A stretch of 63,950 nt of DNA, the filler included, from Octopus bimaculoides (Eukaryota), in the NCBI RefSeq assembly GCF_001194135.2. It is 6 parts of 4 records of this genome, joined end to end, with 100 filler letters (N's around TTAATTAATTAA, not from the genome) between each part and the next. Parts side by side here need not be neighbours in the genome. Positions count along the whole stretch, not along the records: positions 12,825 to 33,739 come from NC_068984.1; positions 33,840 to 46,282 come from NC_068985.1; 4 more parts are not named here. The stretch is one strand, 5' to 3'. This document shows, in pieces, positions 23,350 to 36,085 of the stretch. Within the stretch, counting starts at the first letter, position 1. Each line of letters opens with the position of its first letter. Under the pieces are notes generated by a model. The model worked only from the letters and a program-made list of their open reading frames with translations. It was not told the DNA's origin and made no database searches. The translations under genes were made by a program, and so were the position numbers.

Positions 23350-25640
23350 CTTTATTTTTATTATTTCAGTTTTGCTGTCGCTTTATGGCTGGCAGTCGGT
23401 CAATGATTGTAGCAGCCGATATTTCATGAGTGTATCCTTGAGTAGTTGGCTGTTTTGGTACCGTCGTTAGGGGTTTTTCTAATGTTTTATTTTAATATTA
23501 GTAGAGGTCTCTTCTATATTCCTGATTTCTTTAGGTAAGGCAGTTAAACAAATGAGGAGATCTAAATATCAGACAGATACATTAGAGTGGTTTTGCACGT
23601 GATTTCTAAGGTGGTATACTTGGAAGCTGATAGTATCAACCAGTTCGTACATTAAAATTTTCTCTTACGCGTCGAAGCTTGGAACATGCCCCTCCAGGAT
23701 GTTCCATCCGTATATGATAGTACATATCTCTCTTCGCCGTTCTGGAGAATAGAGACGCAACGCTTTCAGATGTTCCAGTAGTTAAGGCTTTTAACCGAAA
23801 TTATTTTACTGGTAAACGTCCTTTGTAACTCTTCGGTGTCTTTTATGAAACCGGATGAGTTTGGAGACGAAAGCTGTGAGCAGTATTCTAATCTGCTCAG
23901 AACTAAATTTTTCAGTAGAGTCAGCATAAATACCGGCTTTCTTGTCACAAAGGTTCGTATGATCCACCCAATAAGTTGTCTAGATTTAGAAGTCATTCTG
24001 GTGATGCTGTTGAAGAAAAATGCATCATTTGACATGATTACTCCGAAGTCTCACATGCCATTAGCGTTATTAACCATTGTTTTATCTAGTATCAACTAAT
24101 GTGATTTGTGTGTGTTCCCTCCGTAATGCAGAACTTGAATTTTTTTGATATATTAAATTTCCTATTGTTTTTATCTGCCCATTGATACACGAGGTTTATT
24201 TCATTTTGAAGTAAGATCGAATTTTTTTAATTTTGGATAGCCATCGATATTTTTGTTTCATCGGCGTAGCTCGTCAGGTTAGCCGAGTGCACGAGTGAGC
24301 TTATACCTGATAGAGTGATGATAAATGATAATGATAGGATGATGATAAATAATAATAGTATACCACTTATTACAACTGATTTTGTAGAGAGAAGACCGTT
24401 AGCAGCAACAGATTGATTCCTGTCCGGTAAGAAGTCAAAGAGTCATTCTCCGAGTTTTTCTGTGATACAACGTTCCCTCGGTCAATGATTGCATGATCAA
24501 TTTTCTCAAAGGCTTTAGCAAAATTAAGGTATATAAGTCAGCGTTCATTTCTCTCAAGTGATTATTGAGAACTATGCTTGGTGCTGTAAAAGTTGTTACA
24601 AGCAAGTTTGTCCAGTCTGAAAATCCTGTTGTGTATTATCTAAGAGGCTGTTCTCCCAAGTTATTCATTTTCGGACAATGCTTTCCCTTATTTTAGATGT
24701 GTGAGATGTGAGAGTTAACATCTATGATCAAACTGAGGTCGATCAATTGCATTATTAGCGTATTGCACACTCGATTAGGAGAGGAGGAAATGTGTTGCTA
24801 GATCTTCCTCCTTGTTTCCGTACCCTGCGTTCAGTCCCGTGTAGGACATAACCTGGTATACGTATTTCTGTATCCAATATACCTGGAGCCAGGTGCGTTT
24901 CACTTAGTGCTACACATATTCTTTTCTCTGTGTGCAAGGTTTCTGATATCTGATACACTTTTTTAGATTTGTGAAGTCTCAGAGGGCTCGTACATTCAGC
25001 ATAATTACTGGGTTGGGTTTGTGGGTTAATCACTACAATGGTGGGTCTTTGTGGGCCGGGGTAACAGCTGTGGTTGTTGTGTGAGAGCTGAAAGGTATTT
25101 TGGAGGATTTCTTTCGGCTGATCCATCATGGCTGAATAAGAATTTTATTTTGGAAGGAGTTAGTGTCTGGAATTCTTATGGCAGCACTGTTGTATATGGC
25201 TATGGTTATCTGGTTTGCGGTTGTTGATTTTACTAGTGTACCCGGTGGATATCTGAATTTCGGAGAAAGCCTGAACCAGCACTGCCACTGTGTGGGATGT
25301 TTCTACTGTGGATCTGGTGGTAGTTTGAGGTCATGCTTTTAATAGTGTGCCAATTCTCTGGAAGTTGAGTAAAGGGACAGTCAGCTTCAGATATAATCTA
25401 TTGCGATGGGAATAGTTGCAGATATTCGGATTCAGGGTTACACGAGTAGAAGCTGTTAAGTTTGATGAAATACTTGGTAGTGGTGGTGGTGCAAAATGTA
25501 TGTTTTGGCGTTGGCTGGTTCTGTTCGTCTGAATTATGCATCTTGTCCCAGGTGAATGTGTGAAATTGCAGTCACTGCGTATGCATATACTCTCACCTTG
25601 AGGATAACGGCATATTTTGAGGTTTCGTGTATTCATAGAT
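23350..25640 (-). mobile_element. CR1-like LINE, near full-span but internally deleted (ORF1 Zn-finger, APE start, RT, C-terminus)
   Basis: ORF1-like CRYPQGESICIRSDCNFTH. APE VALSETHL...IPGY...RRVRKQGG. RT YLNFAKAFEKIDH and SYADETK. C-terminus GWIIRTF...LEYCSQL..P...LNYW and GPHLFN..VPKQPT. Confidence 0.85.
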
Positions 25641-26084
25641 TTTAATTTTATTTACAGTTGGTAGATCTATCATGGAGGAATACATGCAGACGGTGGGGGA
25701 AAATGGAGGGGGAAAGAAAGGAGTGATTCTTCGCTAATTGAAGTAGTAGCGGTGGTAGATAGTAGCTGTAGATTAGGTGACGATTGTGCTGAAGGACTTC
25801 TTGTATTATTCTGAGAGAGTGAAGAACTGGGGTTGCTTGACTGAGGGGAACAGCTAGGAACTGAAGGTCATCAATAGTGCTAGTAGCGAGGAGTGGCTGT
25901 GGCTTATGATCATGTTGTTGTTGTTGTTTGGTAGTGGTAATGATAGTAGCAGTAGAACATGATGACAATGATGATGATTGGACGGTTGTGGCATTCAGAG
26001 GAAATGATGAAAATAGATAAATGCACTGTGAAAGGCTGTTGGGAAGTGACTGCGGCTGCTGGTTATGCTGTTGTTGCTATTGTC

Positions 26085-26098
26085 GATTTTGTTTTTGC

Positions 26099-26189
<91 letters not shown>

Positions 26190-26238
26190 GCTGTTGTTGT
26201 TGTTGTTGTTGTTGTTGTTCTTGTCGTTATTGTTGTTG
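26085..26238. repeat. (TTG)n microsatellite
   Basis: Direct sequence. It explains the poly-V/C/L ORFs. Confidence 0.95.
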
Positions 26239-27290
26239 AACTCTAGTAGGAGAAAAAAACGTGGTGAAGTCTCTCAAAATGTCTGTGAATTAATTTAAAC
26301 GTGATTTTAATGTATTTGTGTTTATTGTGTATTTGCCCCTCCGACCGCTTATTGAACAGTTGGACTGTTCTTTTGGCAATCTAATTCAGACATGAAGCAG
26401 CTATGTTTTCAGTTTGGAAGAGATAAAACTATGCATTTATGAGAATATTGATTTCATTCTGAGACCACTTTTGTTTACTGGTCTGTAACAATAGTAAGGT
26501 GAGGGTTATCAATAAAACTGCACCTACCGTTAAGTTTTAATACTAATCTTGAGGTTCTTGCAGGCACTGCTCATTTATATTTGTTTCTACAGTCGGCATA
26601 TAAACTTCTTTAAATTTCCACAGAATCAACTTTATCTCTTGATTATTATATAGTTGTGGATTTCGAAGGTTTTTCAGTTGAATAGTTGGGTTGAATTGAA
26701 TTCTTTCTTCGGCTTTCCTATTTTATTTCTTTCACATAGATGGTTGTTATATGGGGCGGTGGTTAGAGAGACGAATTACTTTTATTTCATTGCAAAAACT
26801 CAACTATTAGTGTGGCAATCAATAACCAAACATAATTTTTTGATGAAGTAGAGGTGTATCATTTTTCAGTCGATGAACAGAAACAACTTGGTTTCGATTC
26901 CAGCCAACTTGTAAATGTTGTAACTGTTGTGTTTATTAGGGTGGTGTAACAGAAATGGCAGACCACCAGATTAAGTATTGTGATGTATTCATTCGGCCCC
27001 TATATTTCTTGAATATAAGTCTTACTGCATGTATTAGACTTTACCTTTCATTTGTCACGTATCTATAAACAAATACAAGGTATATACAACTTGGCTAAAA
27101 GATTTTGCATTGGGCCAATGTAAGAAAATCATTATTATCGATCACTCTGACGTCACTGAATATTAGATTTTTGGATTTGTATGTGCTACATCCTATCAAC
27201 TGCTATTCCATAGTTTAATGCATACATGCATACATACATACATACATACATACATACATACATACATACATACATACATACATACACGTA

Positions 27291-27363
27291 GCCCGGCTAG
27301 CTCAGTCAGTAGAGCACGAGACTCTTAATTACGGGGTCGAAGGTTCGAACTCCACGTTCGAAC
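27291..27363 (+). pseudogene. tRNA-Lys(CTT)-derived pseudogene
   Basis: GCCCGGCTAGCTCAGTC.GTAGAGCA.GAGACTCTTAAT matches the canonical eukaryotic tRNA-Lys(CTT) 5' half. The anticodon stem has one mismatch, the T stem has two, and the 3' acceptor strand is lost. Confidence 0.75.
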
Positions 27364-27364
27364 T

Positions 27365-27530
27365 CCAGGAGCGGCTGTGTGGTAAGTAGCTTACTTACCA
27401 AACGCATGGTTCCGGGCTGAGTCCCACTGTGTGGCACATTAGGCAAGTGTCTTCTACTATAGCCTCGAACCGACCAAAGCCTTGGGAGTGGATTTGGTAC
27501 TCGGAAACTCAAAGAAGGCTGTTGTATTTA
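27365..27530 (+). mobile_element. tRNA-derived SINE, family A (directly fused to the tRNA-Lys pseudogene)
   Basis: CAGGAGCGGCTGTGTGGTAAG head through GGAAACTCAAAGAAG. Confidence 0.8.
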
Positions 27531-27689
27531 TATATAGAGAGAGAGATGAAAAAAAGGTTGGATTTAGATTCGTCCTTAAATTTGGAAGTTTCCTAAAAAG
27601 ATTTCTTATATTGATTCTTCATATTTTGCTGGTAGTTTACAGGCGTAAATTTGCAAATATGAAAATAATACTTGTAATTTTCGATTAGG

Positions 27690-27950
27690 GAGCAAATATT
27701 TAAGAAAAAGTGGAAGTGGATTGATAGCACAATTAGAAAGGACACACTAAATGTAGCGAAAAGTTCTTTACAGTGGAATCCGGATGGATATAGAAAGAGG
27801 GGCGGGCCTAAGAACTCGTGGCGTAGATCAACACAAAAGGAACTAGAGAAAGGAGGACATTCATGGCAGAGTATAAGTACAGAAGCGAAAAATTATGCGA
27901 CATGGAATTCAATTATAAGTGGCCTATACTCCGCGTTGGAGGGTTAAAGG
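27690..27950 (+). mobile_element. RTE-clade LINE 3' end
   Basis: Translates to KKKWKWI..TIRK...LQWNPDGYRKRGRPKNSWRRS...W.SI..GLYS. Confidence 0.75.
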
Positions 27951-29084
27951 CAAGAAAGAAAAGATATGTTTTGTGAATTTATAGAAAGAAATCCCATAAA
28001 ACTTAGCAGTTTAGTTAAAAATGGCGAAGAGAAGCTGTTAAAATATATAAGAGAATTTTAATTCGTGCAGACGATCGCTTCGTACAGAGATATAAAAATC
28101 AGGCACGTTCATGGTTGAATTGAATTAAATTAAATTAATTATATATCAATGTATTCTTCAGTGCAAGAAGTACAAACAAATTTTTTACAAAGTACTTGAG
28201 AAAGAAAATAGCAGAACAGAATCTAGGAGATTCATATTCATCCTTATGAGAAAAAGAGGTGTGAGTCCAGTTAGGTATTAACTATAACTAAAGGCTATAA
28301 CGATGATTTGGAAATATAAGTAAAAGAGGTTTCAGAGACGCTCCCTCTATAGATGAGTAAGAAGATTAGAAATTTTAACTCCAAATAAGTCGCGTAGGGC
28401 AAAAATTGTATAGAAATGTCCAATGGAAAGGCATGGCTATATTTGAATTAAGATATGACCTGACTGTTAAAAATATTACATAGTAAGGTGTATATTTTTA
28501 AAAAATTAATACATGAGAATGAAGTTAATCTAGAGGAGATAGTGTATAAAGAGCTACTAGATAGTTAACGTATACAAGTGTCAGAGAGGTAAAAAGGGTT
28601 GAAGAGAGAATAAGATGCGTAAGAGAGAATAAGATGCATAAGAACTAATATTTGTTAGTATCTATTAAATATAAGGTAGAAAAATAAATAAAAACAGAAA
28701 AAAATAGTTGTTAATATAACAATTCACTTGCTGTGACTATAAAGATGGAAAAGGTGAAGTTGAAATAGATAATGGATATTGGAATACGGAAAAATAAAAA
28801 CAATGTAGGGGAGATAAATGAGCTGGGAATGAAAATAGTAAATAAAGGGTTTAATTTGTATGTATTGATATGTAAGGTTATACAGTAACTATGTTTTACT
28901 ATAAATAAAAATTATGAGGTAAGAAACTAGCTTGGCATAATACCATTAAATATCCCTCTCACATTATACCAAGCATAAATAATAAATCGCGATAAGTGAA
29001 TTGCGATATGGCGAGTGATTACTGTACCTGTATATATATGCAATTATTTAATAAAAGATTGAGAGACAGTATATTAAGACACAT

Positions 29085-29265
29085 CTAAGTTATAATACCA
29101 ATAAGTCATAATACCAATTTGTCGAGTAGAGTCGACTATATCGATCTAGTACTTGAATGGTACTCTATTCTATAGACTCCGACAAGTTGACTTCAGTGAG
29201 ATTTGAACTCAGAATTTAAAGAACTGTTACTAAATACCAAAAAATATTTTACCCGACGCTCGCAC
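29085..29265 (-). mobile_element. SINE family B, degraded
   Basis: Reverse-complement similarity to family B. Confidence 0.55.
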
Positions 29266-29689
29266 TTCGTTTGTGAAGCTTTTTCTCCTAAATCCGAACA
29301 CGCAAGCTTAATATGCGAATGTTGCAACGGTTAACGTATTATAAACAAACGAGTGGCAGTGAGGTTTTAGCTTCGGATATTATGCCTTGCGTTACTTGTT
29401 CCGGTTCCCAGTGCTCAGATTTTATATTTCGTAGGAGTCATCTTTATGGGGGTCGAGGAATAAAGTTCAATTCAGAGTGGTATATTAGCAGACTTGTTAG
29501 AGCATCGGACCAGGTGCCTCGTAAATATGCTCCATGCGTTCTAACTGTTACTTTATTTCATCAACCCCGAAACGACGAATCGATAAGTAGCACAACTGAC
29601 TTCTGTTGAGATTTGAAGGCAAGATATAAAGGGATGCAAACTAAATACCACAAGGCATTTTCTTCCACTGCTCCTCCGATTCTGCCATC

Positions 29690-29885
29690 TCATACACGGT
29701 TACTAATACAGGCTCAAGGCATAAAATTGTGGGTGCAGTATACATCGGCACCAATATTTGACTGGTACTTATTGAGTGCACAACGATGAAATAAAAAGTG
29801 TGACCTTGGTGAAATTTGAACAAAGAACGTAGACAGATAGATACTAAATAACACCAGGAAATTTGTGAACCGCTCCACCGTTTCT
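29690..29885 (-). mobile_element. SINE family B, degraded
   Basis: CTGGTACTTATT...GACCTTGGTGAAATTTGAAC is the reverse complement of the family B core. Confidence 0.55.
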
Positions 29886-31639
29886 GACAACTCATAAATA
29901 ACAGCTTTAATAGCTAACAAGCTCGATTCGTGTTTTCTAGAATCATCAGCGTTAATTATACGATAGATAGAGCTGTATAGGAATCTATCTCCGATTTGCT
30001 TGTCTCCAGGGTTGGGTGGTATTGACTGTGCAACCCCCATCTTTGCTTCTTTTCTGCAGCTACTGACCCTAAACTGTCTGATATTACAGAAGATAAAAGG
30101 AAATTCCAGTATTAAGTTAAGCATTGTGATAAACAAGTCATAATTGATCTGAAGAGGTCAGCACAGGCTGAAGGCCTTGGCTTCTGCTGAACTCCGCCTA
30201 CACCAGCACGTCAGTATTAGATTTTTTCTATACCCATGCGCTTATACACTTACCTATGTGATATCTCAGACACACGCAGAGAGAAACACAAATACACATG
30301 CCCATATACACATACACCCGCACAAATTCGCACACAGATAAAAAACAAAACATACATACGTACATAGCGGATACATTCATACATGTATACAGATATATAT
30401 ATATATATATATATATATGTATAAATATATATAATAAATATAAATTACGAAAATTTAGATTTATATATATATATATATACATATATATGTGTGTGTGAGT
30501 GTATAATTACATATATAGGAATAGTATATATTTATATGTGTGTGTGTCTGTTTCTGGGTATGTACACACACATATATATATATTTACATGTATAATACAT
30601 ATACATGTACACACATAAATATATATATAAGTTTGTATGTGTGTATACATACACACACATATATAAATATACATGTATGCATAAACACAAATACACACAC
30701 AAACACACACACATATATCTTAAACAAACACAGTTGCATACATACATACATCTACTCAGTGATGCATTTTATGCATTTGTGTATGTGTGTGAATGTGCGC
30801 GTACGTGTGTGTTTGTGTGTTTGCTTCTATACATTGGTATTTGTATATTATGTAAAATATCATAAGCATAGTTTCTGTACAGAGAGTGATAAAAATATTA
30901 AACTAAATTCGTTTACACAAACGTATATATCTAAGCATGATGCCTGTGCTTGCAAGCACACTTGCATTTTTATACACACGCACACACATATTGATATGTG
31001 TGTGTATAAATGTATGTATATGTACATATGTGTGTGTGTGCATTGATGTATGTGTGTCCGATTGTCTCTAGCAGTCCTCCTCGTCAGGCTTGCCCAGTGG
31101 ATGTGCCATTTTAGTCACCGACCGTGCAACAGGTTGTTCTGGATTCCATGTTACCAGAAGCACTCATAAGAAACCTCACAAGGTATCTGACATACAAAAC
31201 TAAAAACAAAGATTTGTCAAAGGGTTGGATTAACTCAGTATAGCCTCAACGACTATCTAGCAAATAACACAAGCACTCAGAAATTGTGGGTTGGTGTCCA
31301 GAGTGCTAGAGGACTACTGGAAGTGAGGTACCTTTCAGCTTTTGTTAAAGCATGTCTCTAGATGTTTACTCTGATATAAAACCGGATTTTATGGACCTTT
31401 TGCTTGCAGTCGAGATCATGACTTGCCCACACTCCTGTGACTGCGACTCATATAGACACTAGATATATTCTCTTTGGATCATATCAATAGGGTTAAGAGA
31501 GTCTATAAGGTGTCATGTAAGCCCTATTAAAATTAAAATTTAGTACAGGTATTGCTGTATCAGTGATAGTCATAATCATCAACGAATTGACAGCCATGTC
31601 ATCATGTCCGTTTGTTGTAAATGTATAAATACGTATCTT

Positions 31640-31845
31640 TATCTTTTACTTGTTTTAGTCATTAGACTGGGATCATGCTGGGGCAGCGCCTTGGAAGTTT
31701 TAGTCGAATGAATCGACTGCAGTACTTTTTCAAAGCCTGGTACTTATTCCATTGTTGAACTGCTAGGTTACGGGAAAGTGAACACACCAGCACCGGTTAT
31801 CTAGCGGTGACAGGGAACAAACACAGACACAAAGACAAAAGTATG
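31640..31845 (+). mobile_element. Interspersed repeat, family C
   Basis: TTAGTCATTAGACTG..CATGCTG...GTACTTATTC...GAAC.GCTA.GTTACGGG shared with 37010-37160 and 19765-19850. Confidence 0.65.
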
Positions 31846-33153
31846 CACACATGTATACACATATACATATGTATATACACACGCGCGCACACACACACAC
31901 ACACATATAGTTAAGAAGTACGCTTTGCGAGCACGTGGTGCCGGATTCAATACATCTGCGCAGCACATTGAGCGTCAGGGCGACCAACGTCTTCAAAGTA
32001 AATTTCGTCGATGGAACCTCAAGAACACAACCAGTCCGAGAAACGAGTCCGGGAAACGAACTTACAATCTCCCGATTGTAAGCCCGATGCTTGTAAGCAC
32101 GTTCATATATATATGTATGTATGTGTATATATATATATATATAAATATATATAAAAAGGGCGTTAACTGTGTATTAATACCTCACGCTATCGGGGGACTA
32201 AATAAATAAAAAAAACTACCAAAAATAAGTAACATATTTACCGAAAGCGAGGGAATGCAACTTTTCAAATTTTATCTCTTAAAAACATTTAACTCAACGG
32301 TAGATGACTGGTTTCTCAATCAAATACAGAAAAAACTGTGAAGTAACCTGTATTCTTTTGTTCATCAGTACACGTATGGTTAAGATATATAAAAATAAAC
32401 AAGAATCAACCTACCACGATGTAGCCATCACAGTAACGATGACTTTTGTTCACAATTATATATCCCTGAAAGAGATTTGAATTTATCCAGTTGCATCTCG
32501 GTAACATGTCCTTATACAGAATGATATTCAGCACTGAATATATTCTAATTATTTATAATATAATATNNNNNNNNNNNNNNNNNNNNNNNNNNNNNNNNNN
32601 NNNNNNNNNNNNNNNNNNNNNNNNNNNNNNNNNNNNNNNNNNNNNNNNNNNNNNNNNNNNNNNNNNNNNNNNNNNNNNNNNNNNNNNNNNNNNNNNNNNN
32701 NNNNNNNNNNNNNNNNNNNNNNNNNNNNNNNNNNNNNNNNNNNNNNNNNNNNNNNNNNNNNNNNNNNNNNNNNNNNNNNNNNNNNNNNNNNNNNNNNNNN
32801 NNNNNNNNNNNNNNNNNNNNNNNNNNNNNNNNNNNNNNNNNNNNNNNNNNNNNNNNNNNNNNNNNNNNNNNNNNNNNNNNNNNNNNNNNNNNNNNNNNNN
32901 NNNNNNNNNNNNNNNNNNNNNNNNNNNNNNNNNNNNNNNNNNNNNNNNNNNNNNNNNNNNNNNNNNNNNNNNNNNNNNNNNNNNNNNNNNNNNNNNNNNN
33001 NNNNNNNNNNNNNNNNNNNNNNNNNNNNNNNNNNNNNNNNNNNNNNNNNNNNNNNNNNNNNNNNNNNNNNNNNNNNNNNNNNNNNNNNNNNNNNNNNNNN
33101 NNNNNNNNNNNNNNNNNNNNNNNNNNNNNNNNNNNNNNNNNNNNNNNNNNNNN

Positions 33154-33204
<51 letters not shown>

Positions 33205-33664
33205 GACTCACCTCAGACACAGCAAAATCTGTTTCAACAAACGAATTCACATGAATCTTACAAATCAGATGCAAAACCGAACTATACATATATATACATA
33301 TCTAAAAACAGAGAGAAAATCAGAGACACAGAGTATGTAAGTGCGTATATTTTTCTCAAACTTTAAAGCTTCCTATTGCTGCTGTGTGAAAATACCACTA
33401 AGTTCAGAAAATTTCAAGCGGATTCTGTATCTACTACAATATCCTTCTATAAACCAAAGCAACAACGTTCATTCTAAATCAACGTATTTGCAGAGCTTAC
33501 TAGCAATACAATTAGTCCTATTCATCGGTTCGGTTCAAATAAATGCATAGTTGGCGGAATATGTATTGAAACTGAAACAATTATTTTGTGAAACGGATAT
33601 GAATGAACATTTATATTACATGTATACATACCATCATAATTCATCCTTTTATTTTGTGATGTAC

Positions 33665-33739
<75 letters not shown>

Positions 33740-33839
33740 NNNNNNNNNNNNNNNNNNNNNNNNNNNNNNNNNNNNNNNNNNNNTTAATTAATTAANNNNN
33801 NNNNNNNNNNNNNNNNNNNNNNNNNNNNNNNNNNNNNNN

Positions 33840-34448
33840 TCTATTTCTAGCACATTGAATGTCCACGTTTGTGGTCAACGTCATATATAAAAATGTACTT
33901 TAATCCCCTGAGATTGCAGATACTGTTTCTGAATCTCTTTGATTCTTTAAATGTGCTAGCTTCCTGGTAATTAATCGATATTAATTTATATATGATTTGT
34001 TTGCCATATTTTTTAATAATATATTAACCTTTACCGAGTTTTCATACTGGATATATGCGACGCAGTAAATATTCTCTGCAGACATATTCCTGGAATTAGC
34101 GCGCCAAAACGAAGACTTTTGAATTTTACCATTAAGCTGTAATTAGCAGAACCATATACACGCGCACCTATGGCGGTGGGCAACTTTGTATGGGGTTCTG
34201 ATGATTATGGTTCCTTTACAAATCAGGCTGAAGAGAAATAGACAGTCGGTAAGATTGTTAGATTTTGAAACCGGTCCCTGTTTAACTATGCTCCTTTTTT
34301 CGGTGATTGTAAATGTCTTGCCCGCTTACGTTTTGGTATCACGTTATATTTCATGTTGAGAACAATTTAGGTCTTATTAGACACAAGATGTGATCTATTT
34401 CTGGCACATTGATTGTCCACGTTGGTGGTCAACGTCATATATGAAAAT
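33840..34448 (+). mobile_element. 554-bp unit bounded by 55-bp direct repeats, carrying a hammerhead ribozyme (retrozyme or PLE terminal repeat-like)
   Basis: Repeats at 33840-33894 and 34394-34448 differ at 4 of 55 positions. The left copy abuts an N gap. Confidence 0.6.
34224..34280 (+). ncRNA. Type I hammerhead ribozyme
   Basis: Stem I CAGG/CCTG; core CTGAAGA at 34228-34234; stem II GAAAT/ATTTT extended by GACAGTC/GATTGTT; GAAA at 34267-34270; palindromic minimal stem III ACCGGT; GUC cleavage triplet ending at 34276. Confidence 0.75.
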
Positions 34449-35404
34449 ATATATATATATATATATAGATAGATAGATAGATAGATAGAAATATAGATAA
34501 TTATGTGTATATATGCTTGAATGTATAGGCATTATTATATGTATTAAAACGTGTGTACATTAACGGGTCCTATTAAACTAATACCGTAGATAGGTGAGAG
34601 TGACGTAAATTTTATTGGGAATATAGTGTGCGGCTGTCAATTGAATCACAGCACGCCACTTACATTTGATCGCTGCCGACATCTTTGAGAATGCGTGGAA
34701 TACGGGAAGTCAAAGAGAGAAAAATGTACAGAACGAACTCCATTATAGTTTTCGGCATTTATTACTGCACGGCAAAAATTTACAGGTCAATGATAACTTC
34801 ATCTGAATTCAAATTTAAAGCTGCTGAAAATCGCGATTGGCAATATACGCGTGCGCGCCAGCATACGCGCATATACACAACTCTCTTAAGTTGATCTTTC
34901 AAATCTTATACCTGAAAATCTCCTATTCTACGGACTCACCACCATTACATTACAGAAGTCAGCCGATACTATACTAATAAATGACGCCTGATATCATAAG
35001 CACTTTAACAATGGAAGCCGTATGATGTACTGCGTTCAATAACAATACGATTCTTGACTATCAGATGTCCATCCGCTAGACGTTATTAAATATTTTAATA
35101 TATATTTCAATTTATATCGGCTGAGTCACTGAATATATGTTGTACATACATGAAAGAAATGTATTTGATTCAGACATCGAGTATAATATTATGCTACATG
35201 AATGTATGTGTTGTATTTTCATGACTTTCCTCAAGATTTTATTAACTGTTAACGGGTGTTTATGACAAAATTCTTGACGAAATGACATATCATTTATTTC
35301 TAAGAAATTGAAGATTGATAAATATAATTATAACAGATTATTATATTCCAATGTCTTGAGAACGGTTTGTAGTTCTGATATTGTTATCTTAATACCGGTT
35401 ATAC

Positions 35405-35774
35405 TTAAATATTTGTATGAGAATCATTTCGTGATTTTTGAAATATTGGGGGATATCTGTGCAACTCATTATTTACATGGAACAAATCGCCTTCTGCCGC
35501 TCTGGTAATCTGCCTAAAGGCAAAACACGACCCACTGGTAGTTTTTTCACAGCTTTCAATTACATTCATCTCAACGTGAAGCATCCTTTCTCTTCTTACA
35601 TGCAGGGATAACACCTGCATATAAGATCACATGACATGGCACTGGATATTCTCATCCTCCCGTCACTATACAAGATTGTGTTATTGCTTCAACCAGTGCT
35701 AGGAAAGTGGATTTCACCTCACTAGTGAATCAATTTTAGTACCTGTTTTCCTAATCGATGTATTTATATGCTGT
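35405..35774 (-). pseudogene. Decayed exon resembling a TNF homology domain
   Basis: Pyrimidine tract and CAG acceptor, then across frames: SLVR*NPLS*HWL, YSDGRMRI, YMQVL and SCF...AEGDLFHV. These follow TNF-domain motif order. Needs two or more frameshifts and contains stops. Confidence 0.4.
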
Positions 35775-35869
35775 CTGGTGTTTGTGTGAAAGAAAAATTG
35801 TAGAAATGTTCTCAAATGTCATAGTTATATCCCCTTAGTGTCATACGCACTTCACATATATTAGCTTGA

Positions 35870-36085
35870 TATCGGGTTCCAGATTTGGCACATGGCCACA
35901 AATCTCGGAGTAGTGGGTAAGTAGATTATATCGACCCCAGTGCTCATGTAGTACTTCTTTTAACGACTCCAAAATCATGAAGAGCAAAGTGGACCTCGGT
36001 GGCATTTGAACTCCGAACGTAAAGACGGTCGAGATCACGGAAGCATTTTGCCTGGTGTGGAAACCATTCTGCCAGCTCACCGCCT
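35870..36085 (-). mobile_element. SINE family B, near complete
   Basis: Reverse complement of GGCGGTGAGCTGGCAGAATGGTT...GTTCGGAGTTCAAATGCC.CCGAGGTC. Confidence 0.75.

Noticed and set aside
26731-26930. Plus-strand exon candidate DGCYMGRW...FDEVEVY
   Set aside because: It needs a frameshift and a stop within 60 codons, and the motif matches (TNF or fucolectin) are too short to support.
27291-27363. Functional tRNA-Lys gene
   Set aside because: Mispaired T and anticodon stems, no 3' acceptor strand and no T-run terminator.
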